The notes under the pieces were generated by a model that searched no databases, was not told where the DNA came from, and saw nothing but the letters and a program-made list of their open reading frames with translations. 64,000 bases of DNA, taken from a virus (taxonomy: Duplodnaviria > Caudoviricetes). The stretch covers positions 1-64,000 of IMG/VR virus record IMGVR_UViG_3300042549_006197; one strand, written 5' to 3'. This document shows, one piece after another, positions 55,376-64,000 of this stretch. The position numbers were made by a program, and so were the translations under genes. Numbering within the stretch: position 1 is the first letter of the stretch; every line of letters starts with the position of its first letter.

Positions 55376-56316
55376 TTAAATTCACACTCCACCATAATTT
55401 CAGTTAATGCTGCAAGAAGATTAATCTCTTGATCTGCTACGAAAGCAATCTGATATTGGTATTTAGCTATAATCAAAACAGCAGCAGGAATAGAACTAGG
55501 AACAAGAAACTCATAAGATGAGTCATAAATGCGGCGAAGCAAATCAGAAGAATCGTTGTCCAAATTATTGACCACCCATTTACGGACTTCGGGAAAATTT
55601 TTCTCTTTAAGATTCTTAATAAGTTCATTGACGGAAACATCAGAAAAAGATGCAAGAATTGCTGAGTCTATTTTACCATTAGATGCATATCTTTGACACT
55701 CATTCAATACGCGGCGCCAATCTGGAAAGTGTTTATTGATCAGTTCAATCAAAACTTTCTGATCAAATTCTACACCTTCGGTTTGAAGGATTTCTTGAAG
55801 GCGGTTATAAAAACCTGCAGCAAGTTTGGCTTTGTCTTTTCCTTTAATTCCAAATTCAACGACTGCACATCGGGAGTGAAGTGGTTCGATGATTTTGTTT
55901 TTGTAGTTGCAGGTGAAGATGAATCTGCAATTTTTACTAAATTCTTCAATAGATGCCCGTAAGAGGAGTTGAACATCCGAGGTTGTGTTATCTGCCTCAT
56001 CAATGATGATGACTTTGTGTTTAGCAGTTGACGAAAGCGATACGGTCGAAGCGAAGTTCTTCGCATTGTTTCTGACAGTATCGAGGAATCTACCTTCGTC
56101 GGATCCATTGATGACATAAAAATCTACTCCCAATTCATTACAGAGTGCTTTTGCAACTGTGGTCTTACCAATACCTGGAGGACCAGCAAGAAGCATATTT
56201 GGAATTTCACCTTTATTTAGAAAGTCGATAAAGGTTTTCTTAATACTTTCTGGGAGAATACACTCATCAATTGTTTTGGGTCGATACTTTTCAACCCAAA
56301 TAAAATCACCGTTCAT
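55372..56316 (-). CDS. gp44: Clamp loader large subunit
   Basis: WVEKYRP, GPPGIGKT, IDEAD, LHSRC. Confidence 0.96.
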   Translation of the reverse strand: MNGDFIWVEKYRPKTIDECILPESIKKTFIDFLNKGEIPNMLLAGPPGIGKTTVAKALCNELGVDFYVINGSDEGRFLDTVRNNAKNFASTVSLSSTAKHKVIIIDEADNTTSDVQLLLRASIEEFSKNCRFIFTCNYKNKIIEPLHSRCAVVEFGIKGKDKAKLAAGFYNRLQEILQTEGVEFDQKVLIELINKHFPDWRRVLNECQRYASNGKIDSAILASFSDVSVNELIKNLKEKNFPEVRKWVVNNLDNDSSDLLRRIYDSSYEFLVPSSIPAAVLIIAKYQYQIAFVADQEINLLAALTEIMVECEFK

Positions 56317-56318
56317 AA

Positions 56319-56576
56319 TTAAAAAAAGAAAATTTCAATAAGCTTTGCTAGTTCTATGATAGCAAAGAAACTACGAATAGTCATCATGTCCCACATTCTC
56401 ACTTTATAAAAATATGGAAATGATAAAAGGTTTCCAAACAAGCGGAAATAAATTCCTAGTTGCACACTATTAAAAAGAATTACTGCATATCCAAAAATAA
56501 AGAATGCATTACCAACGATTCGCAACCAACTTAATCTTGGATACTGTGGGTGTATAAATTTATCAGTTGAACTCAT
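56319..56576 (-). CDS. Small multi-TM membrane protein
   Basis: LRIVGNAFFIFGY; similar to 26241-26474. Confidence 0.7.
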   Translation of the reverse strand: MSSTDKFIHPQYPRLSWLRIVGNAFFIFGYAVILFNSVQLGIYFRLFGNLLSFPYFYKVRMWDMMTIRSFFAIIELAKLIEIFFF

Positions 56577-56577
56577 T

Positions 56578-57087
56578 TTAGATCCATTCAGGTTTACGTT
56601 CAGGCATACGGAGATAATTAGTTGCAACCCAAGGTTTAGATGCAATATACATCTTATAAGCAGTAAAAGTGTCAATGCTAGTATCATATTTCCACTCTTC
56701 AGGCATCGCTCTTGCGAATGGTGTTACTTTAGTAAGTTTACCTTTAGGAAACAAATAGTATGCCTCTACAAGCGCATTTTGACATGCATGTATTTTATTA
56801 TAGCGCAAAGTGTATTCATCACACAAGTTCAATCCCCACTTAATAAGCCAATATGCATTATCAATAGATTGTGCTGCCCATTGTGTACATGGATGATTGC
56901 GAAACGCGCCTTTTACAGTTGAATACGGAGTGCCATCAGTTTTATGAATTTGTCCATAGTTATGATACCACTTGGATGCTACGATAGAAAGCATCTGACA
57001 GCACTCAAGTGGCATTTTAACAATGTGTTTGTCTGGAAGACAAATTGCACTTTCTGCAGGAAAAGGATTAGTTACAAAGATGTTCAT
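56578..57087 (-). CDS. Pyrimidine-dimer DNA glycosylase-like family protein
   Basis: MNIF...DKHIVKMPLECCQML, NHPCT.W, EYTLRY.K.H. Confidence 0.7.
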   Translation of the reverse strand: MNIFVTNPFPAESAICLPDKHIVKMPLECCQMLSIVASKWYHNYGQIHKTDGTPYSTVKGAFRNHPCTQWAAQSIDNAYWLIKWGLNLCDEYTLRYNKIHACQNALVEAYYLFPKGKLTKVTPFARAMPEEWKYDTSIDTFTAYKMYIASKPWVATNYLRMPERKPEWI

Positions 57088-57749
57088 CCAAAAGTAGAAT
57101 CAGGTTCGAGAGCTACATAATAGCAGAGATCGTGATTGGTACTAGTAAAACGCGACAAAAGTTTAGAAGAGACAACCACTTCATATGAACCAGGAAGAAT
57201 CTTAATATTCTCAACTTTAAAGTTAAACACGAAATCGGAATTGGTTTCTCCAACTACAACAGAGAAATCATTGGAGGTGTCATTCTTCTTATCACGAACA
57301 ACTAGTTTGATTACGCCCGCTTCACCAATTGCAGAAAGATCTGGAAGTTGATACACAGCAGCTGCCTTCAGGAGTTTATCCAGTTCCTTAGTATCAAGAA
57401 CAAAACAAACATCTTCACTAGGAAGATTGATAGACTTGTCGGGAGGAACGACAATTACATTTGGATCTGCAAAGAAATATTTTGAGCGCGACTTACCTTC
57501 ACGAATCACAACGTAGTTCTCATTCTGAAAATCTAGTTCTGCACTTTGATGAAGTGACAGGCCATTCAGAAACTGGTTAAGATCATAGATACCAAAGTCT
57601 TTGGGAAATTCTTCTTCGATCGTTGCTTCTGCGAGGATATTTTTCATCACAGAAATAGTACGAAGTTGCTTACCTTCCTTAATCAGAATAGACTGATTGA
57701 TATTGGAAAAGTTTTTCAGAAGATTTACAGTTTTATCAGAGAGTTTCAT
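57084..57749 (-). CDS. gp45: Sliding clamp
   Basis: LLKNFSNINQSI, FGIYDLNQFL, YYVALE. Confidence 0.95.
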   Translation of the reverse strand: MKLSDKTVNLLKNFSNINQSILIKEGKQLRTISVMKNILAEATIEEEFPKDFGIYDLNQFLNGLSLHQSAELDFQNENYVVIREGKSRSKYFFADPNVIVVPPDKSINLPSEDVCFVLDTKELDKLLKAAAVYQLPDLSAIGEAGVIKLVVRDKKNDTSNDFSVVVGETNSDFVFNFKVENIKILPGSYEVVVSSKLLSRFTSTNHDLCYYVALEPDSTFG

Positions 57750-57772
57750 AGTTTTGTCTTTCAGTTTCATAA

Positions 57773-58201
57773 TCAACGGAATTCGGTAAGTCCATTATCT
57801 TTGCGAGAATAATGGCCATCGAAGTGAAGCAGTAGCATAGCATAGTGAATGACTTTCATCAAGTCACGCTTGTTGCGACCATCCTTATCACCATAACGGC
57901 TTCCATACTTAAGGATGTTTGCCTGACAAAAACCAGCAGCAAGTTTCTTCGCTGCCATTAAGTCAATAGTTTGGATATCGCTGTAACCATCTTCATCTCC
58001 ACAGTAATGACCGTGATAAGTGCTAGTCACATAATCTTCAACATCCTTGAGAATTTTATCTTCGTTGTATTTCCAAAGATGATTTTTAGGTTCGTTCATA
58101 ACAGGTGTTTTTTCAATTACAATTTTATGATCACTATTCAATGCCATAGTGAACTGGTATTCAGAATAAGGATACTCATCCATAATAAAGGGGAAGGTCA
58201 T
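57773..58201 (-). CDS. Conserved hypothetical protein (start uncertain)
   Basis: TY.GHY, FCQANILKY.SRYG.KDG, DLMKVIHY. Confidence 0.75.
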   Translation of the reverse strand: MTFPFIMDEYPYSEYQFTMALNSDHKIVIEKTPVMNEPKNHLWKYNEDKILKDVEDYVTSTYHGHYCGDEDGYSDIQTIDLMAAKKLAAGFCQANILKYGSRYGDKDGRNKRDLMKVIHYAMLLLHFDGHYSRKDNGLTEFR

Positions 58202-58222
58202 AGTTTACCTCCCACAATTATA

Positions 58223-59329
58223 TCAAATGTTGGGGGGATAGTCAACTTTCTCAGGCATCTGAAAATCAGCATCTACTTTATCGTAGAGTTCGATAAAAGC
58301 AGTCTTAGTTTCATCATCAAATCGTGCAGTGCAAACATCAATTGCTTTTGCTTTATTGCCAAAGATGCTGTAGGCACGGATGATATGAACCAGGCGACGG
58401 GTGCTGATGATTTCTTCAATACCACCATCATAGAATGTCTTACGAATGATATCAGCCCAATCTGCAAGTCGCTCACAGAAAGCAGAGTCATCAACACCAA
58501 CGGATTTAGCAACACCTTGCAAAATGCGACATTCGATTTTAGCAGTAGGATATTCTTGCTCCAGAGTTACAGGGAAACGCTCAAGGAATGCCTCATTAAG
58601 CACGTTGGTGCCGATGAAGCGACCGTCATCAGAACCCTTACCCTTGGTGTTTGCGGTGGCAACCACATTAAAACCAGCAGCAGGTTTCACAAAGCGACCA
58701 ATTTTTTTCAGGAAGACACCCTTACCTTCCAGAACAGATTGGAGACACAGAATCTTGTTAGAAGCAAGGTCAATCTCATCCAGCAGAAGAATTGCACCAC
58801 GCTCCAGTGCCTCAATCACAGGGCCATTGTGCCAGGCAGTTTCACCATTCACAAGACGGAAACCACCGATCAGATCATCCTCGTCAGTCTCAATCGTGAT
58901 GTTGACGCGAATCAGTTCACGCTTAAGTTGAGCACACGCTTGTTCCACCGAGAACGTTTTACCGTTACCCGAAAGACCCGTAATGAACGTAGGATAGAAA
59001 AGACGGGACTCAATAATTTTTTTAATATCGTTGAAATTACCAAACTTGACGAAGGTATCATCTTTATCGGGAATAAGGTTTTGTTGCACAGGAGGAATTG
59101 CAGCAGGAGCTTGAAAAGTACGTTCAATTTCATCAACTTTTTGTTGAGTGACTTCCAAGTTCCACTTGCCACGACCAACTTTAAAGCAGTCAAGTCGTTT
59201 GGTTACCGTAGGATAGGAAAGATTTTTTGACGCACAAAAACCACGAACATCAGCTGCGGTGATATAAGAACCAAAAGTGGTTTTGAGATCAGCAAGAATT
59301 TGATCGTCGGTCATTTGAATGCGGGACAT
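58223..59329 (-). CDS. cobS: CobS-like (MoxR family) AAA+ ATPase
   Basis: GLSGNGKT, DLIGG, LLDEID, TANTKG, LERF, STRR. Confidence 0.88.
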   Translation of the reverse strand: MSRIQMTDDQILADLKTTFGSYITAADVRGFCASKNLSYPTVTKRLDCFKVGRGKWNLEVTQQKVDEIERTFQAPAAIPPVQQNLIPDKDDTFVKFGNFNDIKKIIESRLFYPTFITGLSGNGKTFSVEQACAQLKRELIRVNITIETDEDDLIGGFRLVNGETAWHNGPVIEALERGAILLLDEIDLASNKILCLQSVLEGKGVFLKKIGRFVKPAAGFNVVATANTKGKGSDDGRFIGTNVLNEAFLERFPVTLEQEYPTAKIECRILQGVAKSVGVDDSAFCERLADWADIIRKTFYDGGIEEIISTRRLVHIIRAYSIFGNKAKAIDVCTARFDDETKTAFIELYDKVDADFQMPEKVDYPPNI

Positions 59330-59359
59330 AATGTGTGTTTTTCACTGAAGCCATTATAA

Positions 59360-59391
59360 GGGCAGAGTGGGGCAGAGTCGGGGCAGAGTGG
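59360..59391. repeat. Three tandem GGGCAGAGT units in the cobS-like promoter
   Basis: gggcagagtg-gggcagagtcg-gggcagagtgg next to a TATAAT at 59353-59358 (minus strand). Confidence 0.85.
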
Positions 59392-59411
59392 TCAGTTTCA
59401 AAATTGAACAC

Positions 59412-61598
59412 TCATGCGATCAAAGAAATAAATTCGCCAAGAACTTTCTTATTTAGTTTCTTGGTTTTAAGAGATTTGATAAACGCAGATTTAATTTCAG
59501 ACTTAGTTGCAGCATCATCAACATTGAATTGGGAATTTTGAGAAAGTGCAGTTGCAGACATTCCAAAGTATGCGTCATATCCAGATTTTTTGATAGTAAA
59601 ACTCTTTTGTTTTTTCCAATCATTTTGAATTGTCAGGTAATCTTTATCAGAAGTTGAATGATAAAGACTAATAAAACGATGAATGTTACGTCCCTCAAGA
59701 ACACGAATGCCAATAAAGTTTACAGAAGAAAACTTATCCTTCAAATTACGAAGAAGAACATCAGTAAATTGGTGATATCCATAATCAATTTTGTAATTTG
59801 TGCCCAGTTTACGATCACGAAGGAAAGTCAAACCGTTAGCCGTTCCACGAACACCCAAATAAGGTTCGGACTCCCATCCTCGTTTTACTTCAACATGGTA
59901 TGGAAGATGATTGGATTCCCCATCAGTCAAAACAATACACTGAACTTTTTGAACTTTATTTTCTTTCTGGAAAGTTGGAAGGATTTGATGAAGAGAAATC
60001 AATGCCTCATTCAAAGGAGTTCCAGAAAGAGCCAAGCGATGAGGAAAAGTAAATGGGCAATGATACATATTCGAAAAACTAGAAGCCAAACGCCAAATAT
60101 TATTCATCTGATGTTCAAGATCTTTTCCAGATACTTTACTGGTGAGAAGATTCATCATAGAAAACGTTTCATCAACATAAAACACATATTCTTTTTTCTC
60201 ATAGTGCGGAGTAAGATCGCAAGATTTGTAGGTTCGATTATCATAATCATATTCGCGGCGGCGCCACTCATTTGTGAAGGCATAAACTTCAAACGGAATC
60301 GCAACTTTCTTGCAGAACCAAACAAGATTGAAGAGTTGCTTGACCGTATCCAGCATAACGTCACTCATTGAACCGGACCAATCCAACACAAACACCAGAC
60401 CATGGTTCTTTCCATCTGCAAGAGTGGTAACTTTCTTGAACAAGTCTTCATTGTATTTGTAAGTATGAAGTTTGGAACAGTCCAGAACACCAGTGCGGGC
60501 AGTTGACGCACGGGCATAAGAGTCCGCAGCTTTTTTACACTCAAACTCTTTAACCAGATAATTGACTTCCTTTTGTGCAGATTGTTTGAATTTCTTAAAC
60601 TCCAAATCAACGGTCTCAAACAAGTTCATAGCTTTGAACTCATTCTCTTTCGCATGTTCATTATGCATTTCTTGTTGCTTGGAAAAGCACAAGTCAATAT
60701 CATTATGGACTGCACTATTCTTTGCAATTACAGTGTCAAGATTTACTTTGGTAACTTCAACATAAACATTTTCCCAAGTATTTTCCTTTACAAGATCACG
60801 AATCTTTTCTTCCAAAGAATCTGCTGTACGAACTTCTGGTTCGCAACTATCACCAGCAGCATTTTCCATTTCAATTTGATCGCCATCAATTGATTGTCCA
60901 CTAGAGTTTTCAGTATTCTGCGAACTAGAATCATTTTCTTCTTGATCAGAAGAAGAATTATCACCTTCTACAATATCACTTGGAGGCGATTGAGAATCTG
61001 ATTGTTGTTTAGGAGGTTCTTGATTTTCAATCTTTTTTTCTTCTTCTTTCTTTTTCTTACAATACTTATAAAGTTCTTCTGCAGCAATCAAAACATCTGC
61101 AAAAGATTCAGTAGCAGAAATCATATTAACAATTTCCATCTCTTCACCGCGATCAATCGGCACTTCGGCAAAATTACCAATTTTGAACCACAGATTTACT
61201 CGGTCAGCAAGATTCATTTTGCTCACATCTTCTTCACTAATTTGAAAGAAATCGTCATCAGTAAGTTCTTTATATCCATTAAAGAAAGTCTTTGCCAGGC
61301 CAGGATAGCGACGCTTCATCAGTTTCTCAATGCGAGCATCCTCTACCACATTGACAAACTGCGGGGGAATCTTGTGTTCCTTTATCCAATCCTCATCGGG
61401 AGTATAGAGAGCATGACCCACCTCATGACCCACCAGAAGGTCATACACGGTGTTGCTTGCCTTCTCCCACATCGGCAGGGTCAACACACGAGTGTGAACG
61501 TTGAAACAAGCAGTCTCTACATTCTTGTGCTCAACCACAAGGTCTTCAGTGGCAAGAAGTTTGGCAAGTTGGGACTTGATTTCGTGCGAAATAGCCAT
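59412..61598 (-). CDS. HEXXH metallopeptidase-like / acidic linker / vWA domain protein (CobT-like partner)
   Basis: HEVGH, NVVEDARIE, LDWSGSM MIDAS, GTPL, LTDGE. Confidence 0.85.
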   Translation of the reverse strand: MAISHEIKSQLAKLLATEDLVVEHKNVETACFNVHTRVLTLPMWEKASNTVYDLLVGHEVGHALYTPDEDWIKEHKIPPQFVNVVEDARIEKLMKRRYPGLAKTFFNGYKELTDDDFFQISEEDVSKMNLADRVNLWFKIGNFAEVPIDRGEEMEIVNMISATESFADVLIAAEELYKYCKKKKEEEKKIENQEPPKQQSDSQSPPSDIVEGDNSSSDQEENDSSSQNTENSSGQSIDGDQIEMENAAGDSCEPEVRTADSLEEKIRDLVKENTWENVYVEVTKVNLDTVIAKNSAVHNDIDLCFSKQQEMHNEHAKENEFKAMNLFETVDLEFKKFKQSAQKEVNYLVKEFECKKAADSYARASTARTGVLDCSKLHTYKYNEDLFKKVTTLADGKNHGLVFVLDWSGSMSDVMLDTVKQLFNLVWFCKKVAIPFEVYAFTNEWRRREYDYDNRTYKSCDLTPHYEKKEYVFYVDETFSMMNLLTSKVSGKDLEHQMNNIWRLASSFSNMYHCPFTFPHRLALSGTPLNEALISLHQILPTFQKENKVQKVQCIVLTDGESNHLPYHVEVKRGWESEPYLGVRGTANGLTFLRDRKLGTNYKIDYGYHQFTDVLLRNLKDKFSSVNFIGIRVLEGRNIHRFISLYHSTSDKDYLTIQNDWKKQKSFTIKKSGYDAYFGMSATALSQNSQFNVDDAATKSEIKSAFIKSLKTKKLNKKVLGEFISLIA

Positions 61599-61607
61599 GG
61601 GTTTGTT

Positions 61608-61766
61608 TCAGATGAGGCTATAATACGACGAAGGGTTGCCTTTTGAGCAACCCATGTGACGCTTTTTGAACTGGGCAAGGCGTGCCTTTGCCTGTCGCAA
61701 CGCTTGCGGTTTTAGTTTACGCTTTTGCTCCTTCTTGGAGTGGTGTTGCCAGTTTGGAGTGTTCAT
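61608..61766 (-). CDS. Small basic hypothetical protein
   Basis: MNTPNWQHHSKKEQKRKLKPQALR. Confidence 0.65.
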   Translation of the reverse strand: MNTPNWQHHSKKEQKRKLKPQALRQAKARLAQFKKRHMGCSKGNPSSYYSLI

Positions 61767-61779
61767 TGTTCTATGGCAG

Positions 61780-63492
61780 TCAGGCCACCATACTAGAAAA
61801 ACCTTTGAGTTTTTCGAATCGAAGGACACTTTCGAATCTGTCCTCCAATCCAGACTTGTGAGAAATCACAAAAACATTTGCATTTGTAATGACATAACGA
61901 ATAATCTTAAGAAACTCTTCTGTTCCAAATCCATCGAGAGAAGAATCAAACACTTCATCCATAATCAAAAGATTTGTGTTAACTGAGTTTTTAAATCGAG
62001 CAACTTCCCGCCACGTAAAGAGAAGAGATAAATCAATTCTCATTTTTTCACCTTCACTAAAAGAAGCATAGGAAAAATCTTCATGAATTGGAGACTGAAC
62101 GGTTTCGTTGAACTCTTCATCAAGAGTAAAATTAATATAGAAGTCCATCATTTGAAGGAACTTATTAACCTGCTGATTAATCAGAGGAAGATACTTCTTG
62201 ATAATTTGAGATTTAACTCCACCGTCTTTGAGTAAACTATACGAAAAATCGTAATGTCTGATAGTGTCCTTTTTAGAAGCGAGCTCGTCGTATGTTGTTT
62301 TTAAATTGTCTTTGAAGGATTCTAATTTCTCATGTTCAGAATTTCTGTTTGCAAGGTTCTCGGTAATAGTTTGAATTTCAGATTCAAGATCTCTGATTTG
62401 TCTCTGACATCCAGCGATCTTAGTATTATTTTGAGAAATGCCATGCGTTAGTTTAGTGATCTCCTTCGATAGTGTAGTAAATTGACGCTCTCGCTCTTCT
62501 TCTTCTTTAATTGCTTCCTCTAACTCTTTATAACCAGATTGCAACTCCTTTGCTTTATCTTGAGCGTCTGCAATTCTATTTAACCGAAATTCTTCCTCAA
62601 TCGTTTGAGTGCAAGTAGGGCAGACCGTATTCTCTGTGAAAAACTTATGCTCAGCAGTAATCGTTGATACCTTCTGCGATATCTTTCCTTTCAGATTTCC
62701 CAACTTACGAAGTTTATCGCTAGCACCAATTACATTCTCTTGTTCTTTCGTATATTGCTGCATATATCCTTCAAGAATAATATTTGCATCAGCATATTCA
62801 CCAACTTCAGAATCTAACTTGGCAATCTTTTCCTTATTGGCATTGATATTGGCATTACCACGATTCTCTAACTCTTCAATAAAGTTCTGCTGCATCTCAA
62901 CTTTATCTTTCAAGTTTTCTTTCTTCAACTCCAGAGTTTTAATTTCTTCTTTGAGTTGACGGATCTTTTCTTTAATTACAATATTCATTGATGAAAAGAT
63001 CTTAATATCCAAAAGATCTTCAATCACTTCTCTGCGATTTGCAGCCGACAGTTGCATGAACGGAACAAAAGTACTTGAACCCAAAATTACAATTTGAGTA
63101 AAAGACTTATAGTTCATTTTAAGAACATTCTGTTCCAACCATCTTTGTTGATCTGATGTAGCAGATGATTGATCCAACAAAGAATCGTTTCTATAAATTT
63201 CAAAAAGATTTGGTTTAATTCCCCGAACAACTTTCCAATTTGTTGTTCCAATAGAAAAGTATACCTCAACTAAACAATCCTTTTCATTTACACTATTGAT
63301 TAGTTGTGGTTTATTAATTTTGCGAAAAGGTTTTCCAAACAAAGAAAAAGTAAGTGCATCCAACACAGTACTTTTTCCAGCACCATTTGATCCAACAATC
63401 AATGTTGTGTTGTGTTTTTGAAAATTAATTTCGGTAAATTGATTGCCAGTAGAAAGAAAATTTTTCCAGCGAATCTTTTCAAATAAAATCAT
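61780..63492 (-). CDS. gp46: Recombination ATPase (Rad50/SbcC-like)
   Basis: GSNGAGKS, CPTC hook, FSEGE, MDEVFD, ISH. Confidence 0.96.
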   Translation of the reverse strand: MILFEKIRWKNFLSTGNQFTEINFQKHNTTLIVGSNGAGKSTVLDALTFSLFGKPFRKINKPQLINSVNEKDCLVEVYFSIGTTNWKVVRGIKPNLFEIYRNDSLLDQSSATSDQQRWLEQNVLKMNYKSFTQIVILGSSTFVPFMQLSAANRREVIEDLLDIKIFSSMNIVIKEKIRQLKEEIKTLELKKENLKDKVEMQQNFIEELENRGNANINANKEKIAKLDSEVGEYADANIILEGYMQQYTKEQENVIGASDKLRKLGNLKGKISQKVSTITAEHKFFTENTVCPTCTQTIEEEFRLNRIADAQDKAKELQSGYKELEEAIKEEEERERQFTTLSKEITKLTHGISQNNTKIAGCQRQIRDLESEIQTITENLANRNSEHEKLESFKDNLKTTYDELASKKDTIRHYDFSYSLLKDGGVKSQIIKKYLPLINQQVNKFLQMMDFYINFTLDEEFNETVQSPIHEDFSYASFSEGEKMRIDLSLLFTWREVARFKNSVNTNLLIMDEVFDSSLDGFGTEEFLKIIRYVITNANVFVISHKSGLEDRFESVLRFEKLKGFSSMVA

Positions 63493-63748
63493 GGTGTGGT
63501 GGTGGAACTACAATGTCGTCTTGTGTGATTAAAGTATATCTACAATCTTGTATTTCGCAAGTTTTAAGGATTAAATCATCATCTACTTCTATAACATGCA
63601 TTTCTGGAAATCCTTGTTCCTCAAGCATCATCGCAAATCTACATGCATCGTCTTCTTCTTCGAACAAATAGAGAATAGAATCTCCATCATCATCTACAAC
63701 CGAATATGCTCCTTTGTGTTCTTTTCCTTCTATGGTAATAATAAACAT
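63479..63748 (-). CDS. Acidic hypothetical protein between gp47 and gp46
   Basis: GAYSV, LFEEEDDA.RFA. Confidence 0.8.
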   Translation of the reverse strand: MFIITIEGKEHKGAYSVVDDDGDSILYLFEEEDDACRFAMMLEEQGFPEMHVIEVDDDLILKTCEIQDCRYTLITQDDIVVPPPHHDFI

Positions 63749-64000
63749 TAAACCAACTCGCAGGCTTCTTGATAGATTTCTTGAAGAAGTTTTTGAACTG
63801 TCGATTTGTTTAAATCTACTTCTGCTTCCTCAACATATCTATTTAAGATAGAAAGAGTATCTTCGGATTCAAAATCTGCTAGATCTTCTTTACCATACCA
63901 ACCAGTAAAATCAAAGTTTTCAACTACCTTTAATTCAGAAACATTTGCAGAATAAAGTTTATCAATAAATTTTTCAAACTTTTTAATGTCTGATTTTTTT
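63748..64000 (-). CDS. gp47: C-terminus of recombination endonuclease subunit (partial)
   Basis: ...FEKFIDKLY...KVVENF...EDTLSILNRYV...IYQEACELV*; position upstream of gp46. Confidence 0.85.
   Translation of the reverse strand, partial: KKSDIKKFEKFIDKLYSANVSELKVVENFDFTGWYGKEDLADFESEDTLSILNRYVEEAEVDLNKSTVQKLLQEIYQEACELV

Noticed and set aside
57971-59230. 419-aa plus-strand ORF
   Set aside because: Antisense shadow of the cobS-like gene; no recognisable motifs or expression signals
59658-61646. 237-aa and 214-aa plus-strand ORFs
   Set aside because: Antisense to the vWA gene, with composition typical of shadow frames
1-64000. Alternative genetic code or stop-codon reassignment
   Set aside because: Core genes are full length under the standard code and no suppressor tRNA was seen

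Overview
64-kb segment of a T4-like cyanomyophage genome, almost all on the minus strand. Left to right it holds: psbD (partial) and psbA with a structured 5' leader; a 1401-aa repeat-rich tail-fibre-like gene; a divergent four-gene operon of exported or membrane proteins; a lysis-like block (SNase nuclease, membrane proteins, and a GH24 lysozyme and C39-like peptidase sharing one N-terminal module); peroxiredoxin, two hli genes and an outer-membrane beta-barrel; an ~11-kb glycan cluster (GT25, GT15, three GT11 domains, GT2/GT7-like enzymes, methyltransferase, nucleotide-sugar dehydrogenase, epimerase, NadE); a modular pseudoknot RNA (manA/wcaG-like) whose units are separated by protein-coding genes; a tRNA region (9 tRNAs in the window) with a halogenase-like gene, Dps, an orphan Phd-like gene and a carbamoyltransferase; then the T4 core replication block (nrdB, nrdA, gp61, mazG, gp41, uvsX, gp43, hsp20, regA, gp62, gp44, gp45, cobS-like, gp46, partial gp47) interrupted by AT-rich 2OG-Fe(II) oxygenase genes. 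All calls come from reading the sequence and recalling family motifs; no searches were run. Several start codons were moved from the ORF track to a more plausible ATG/GTG.
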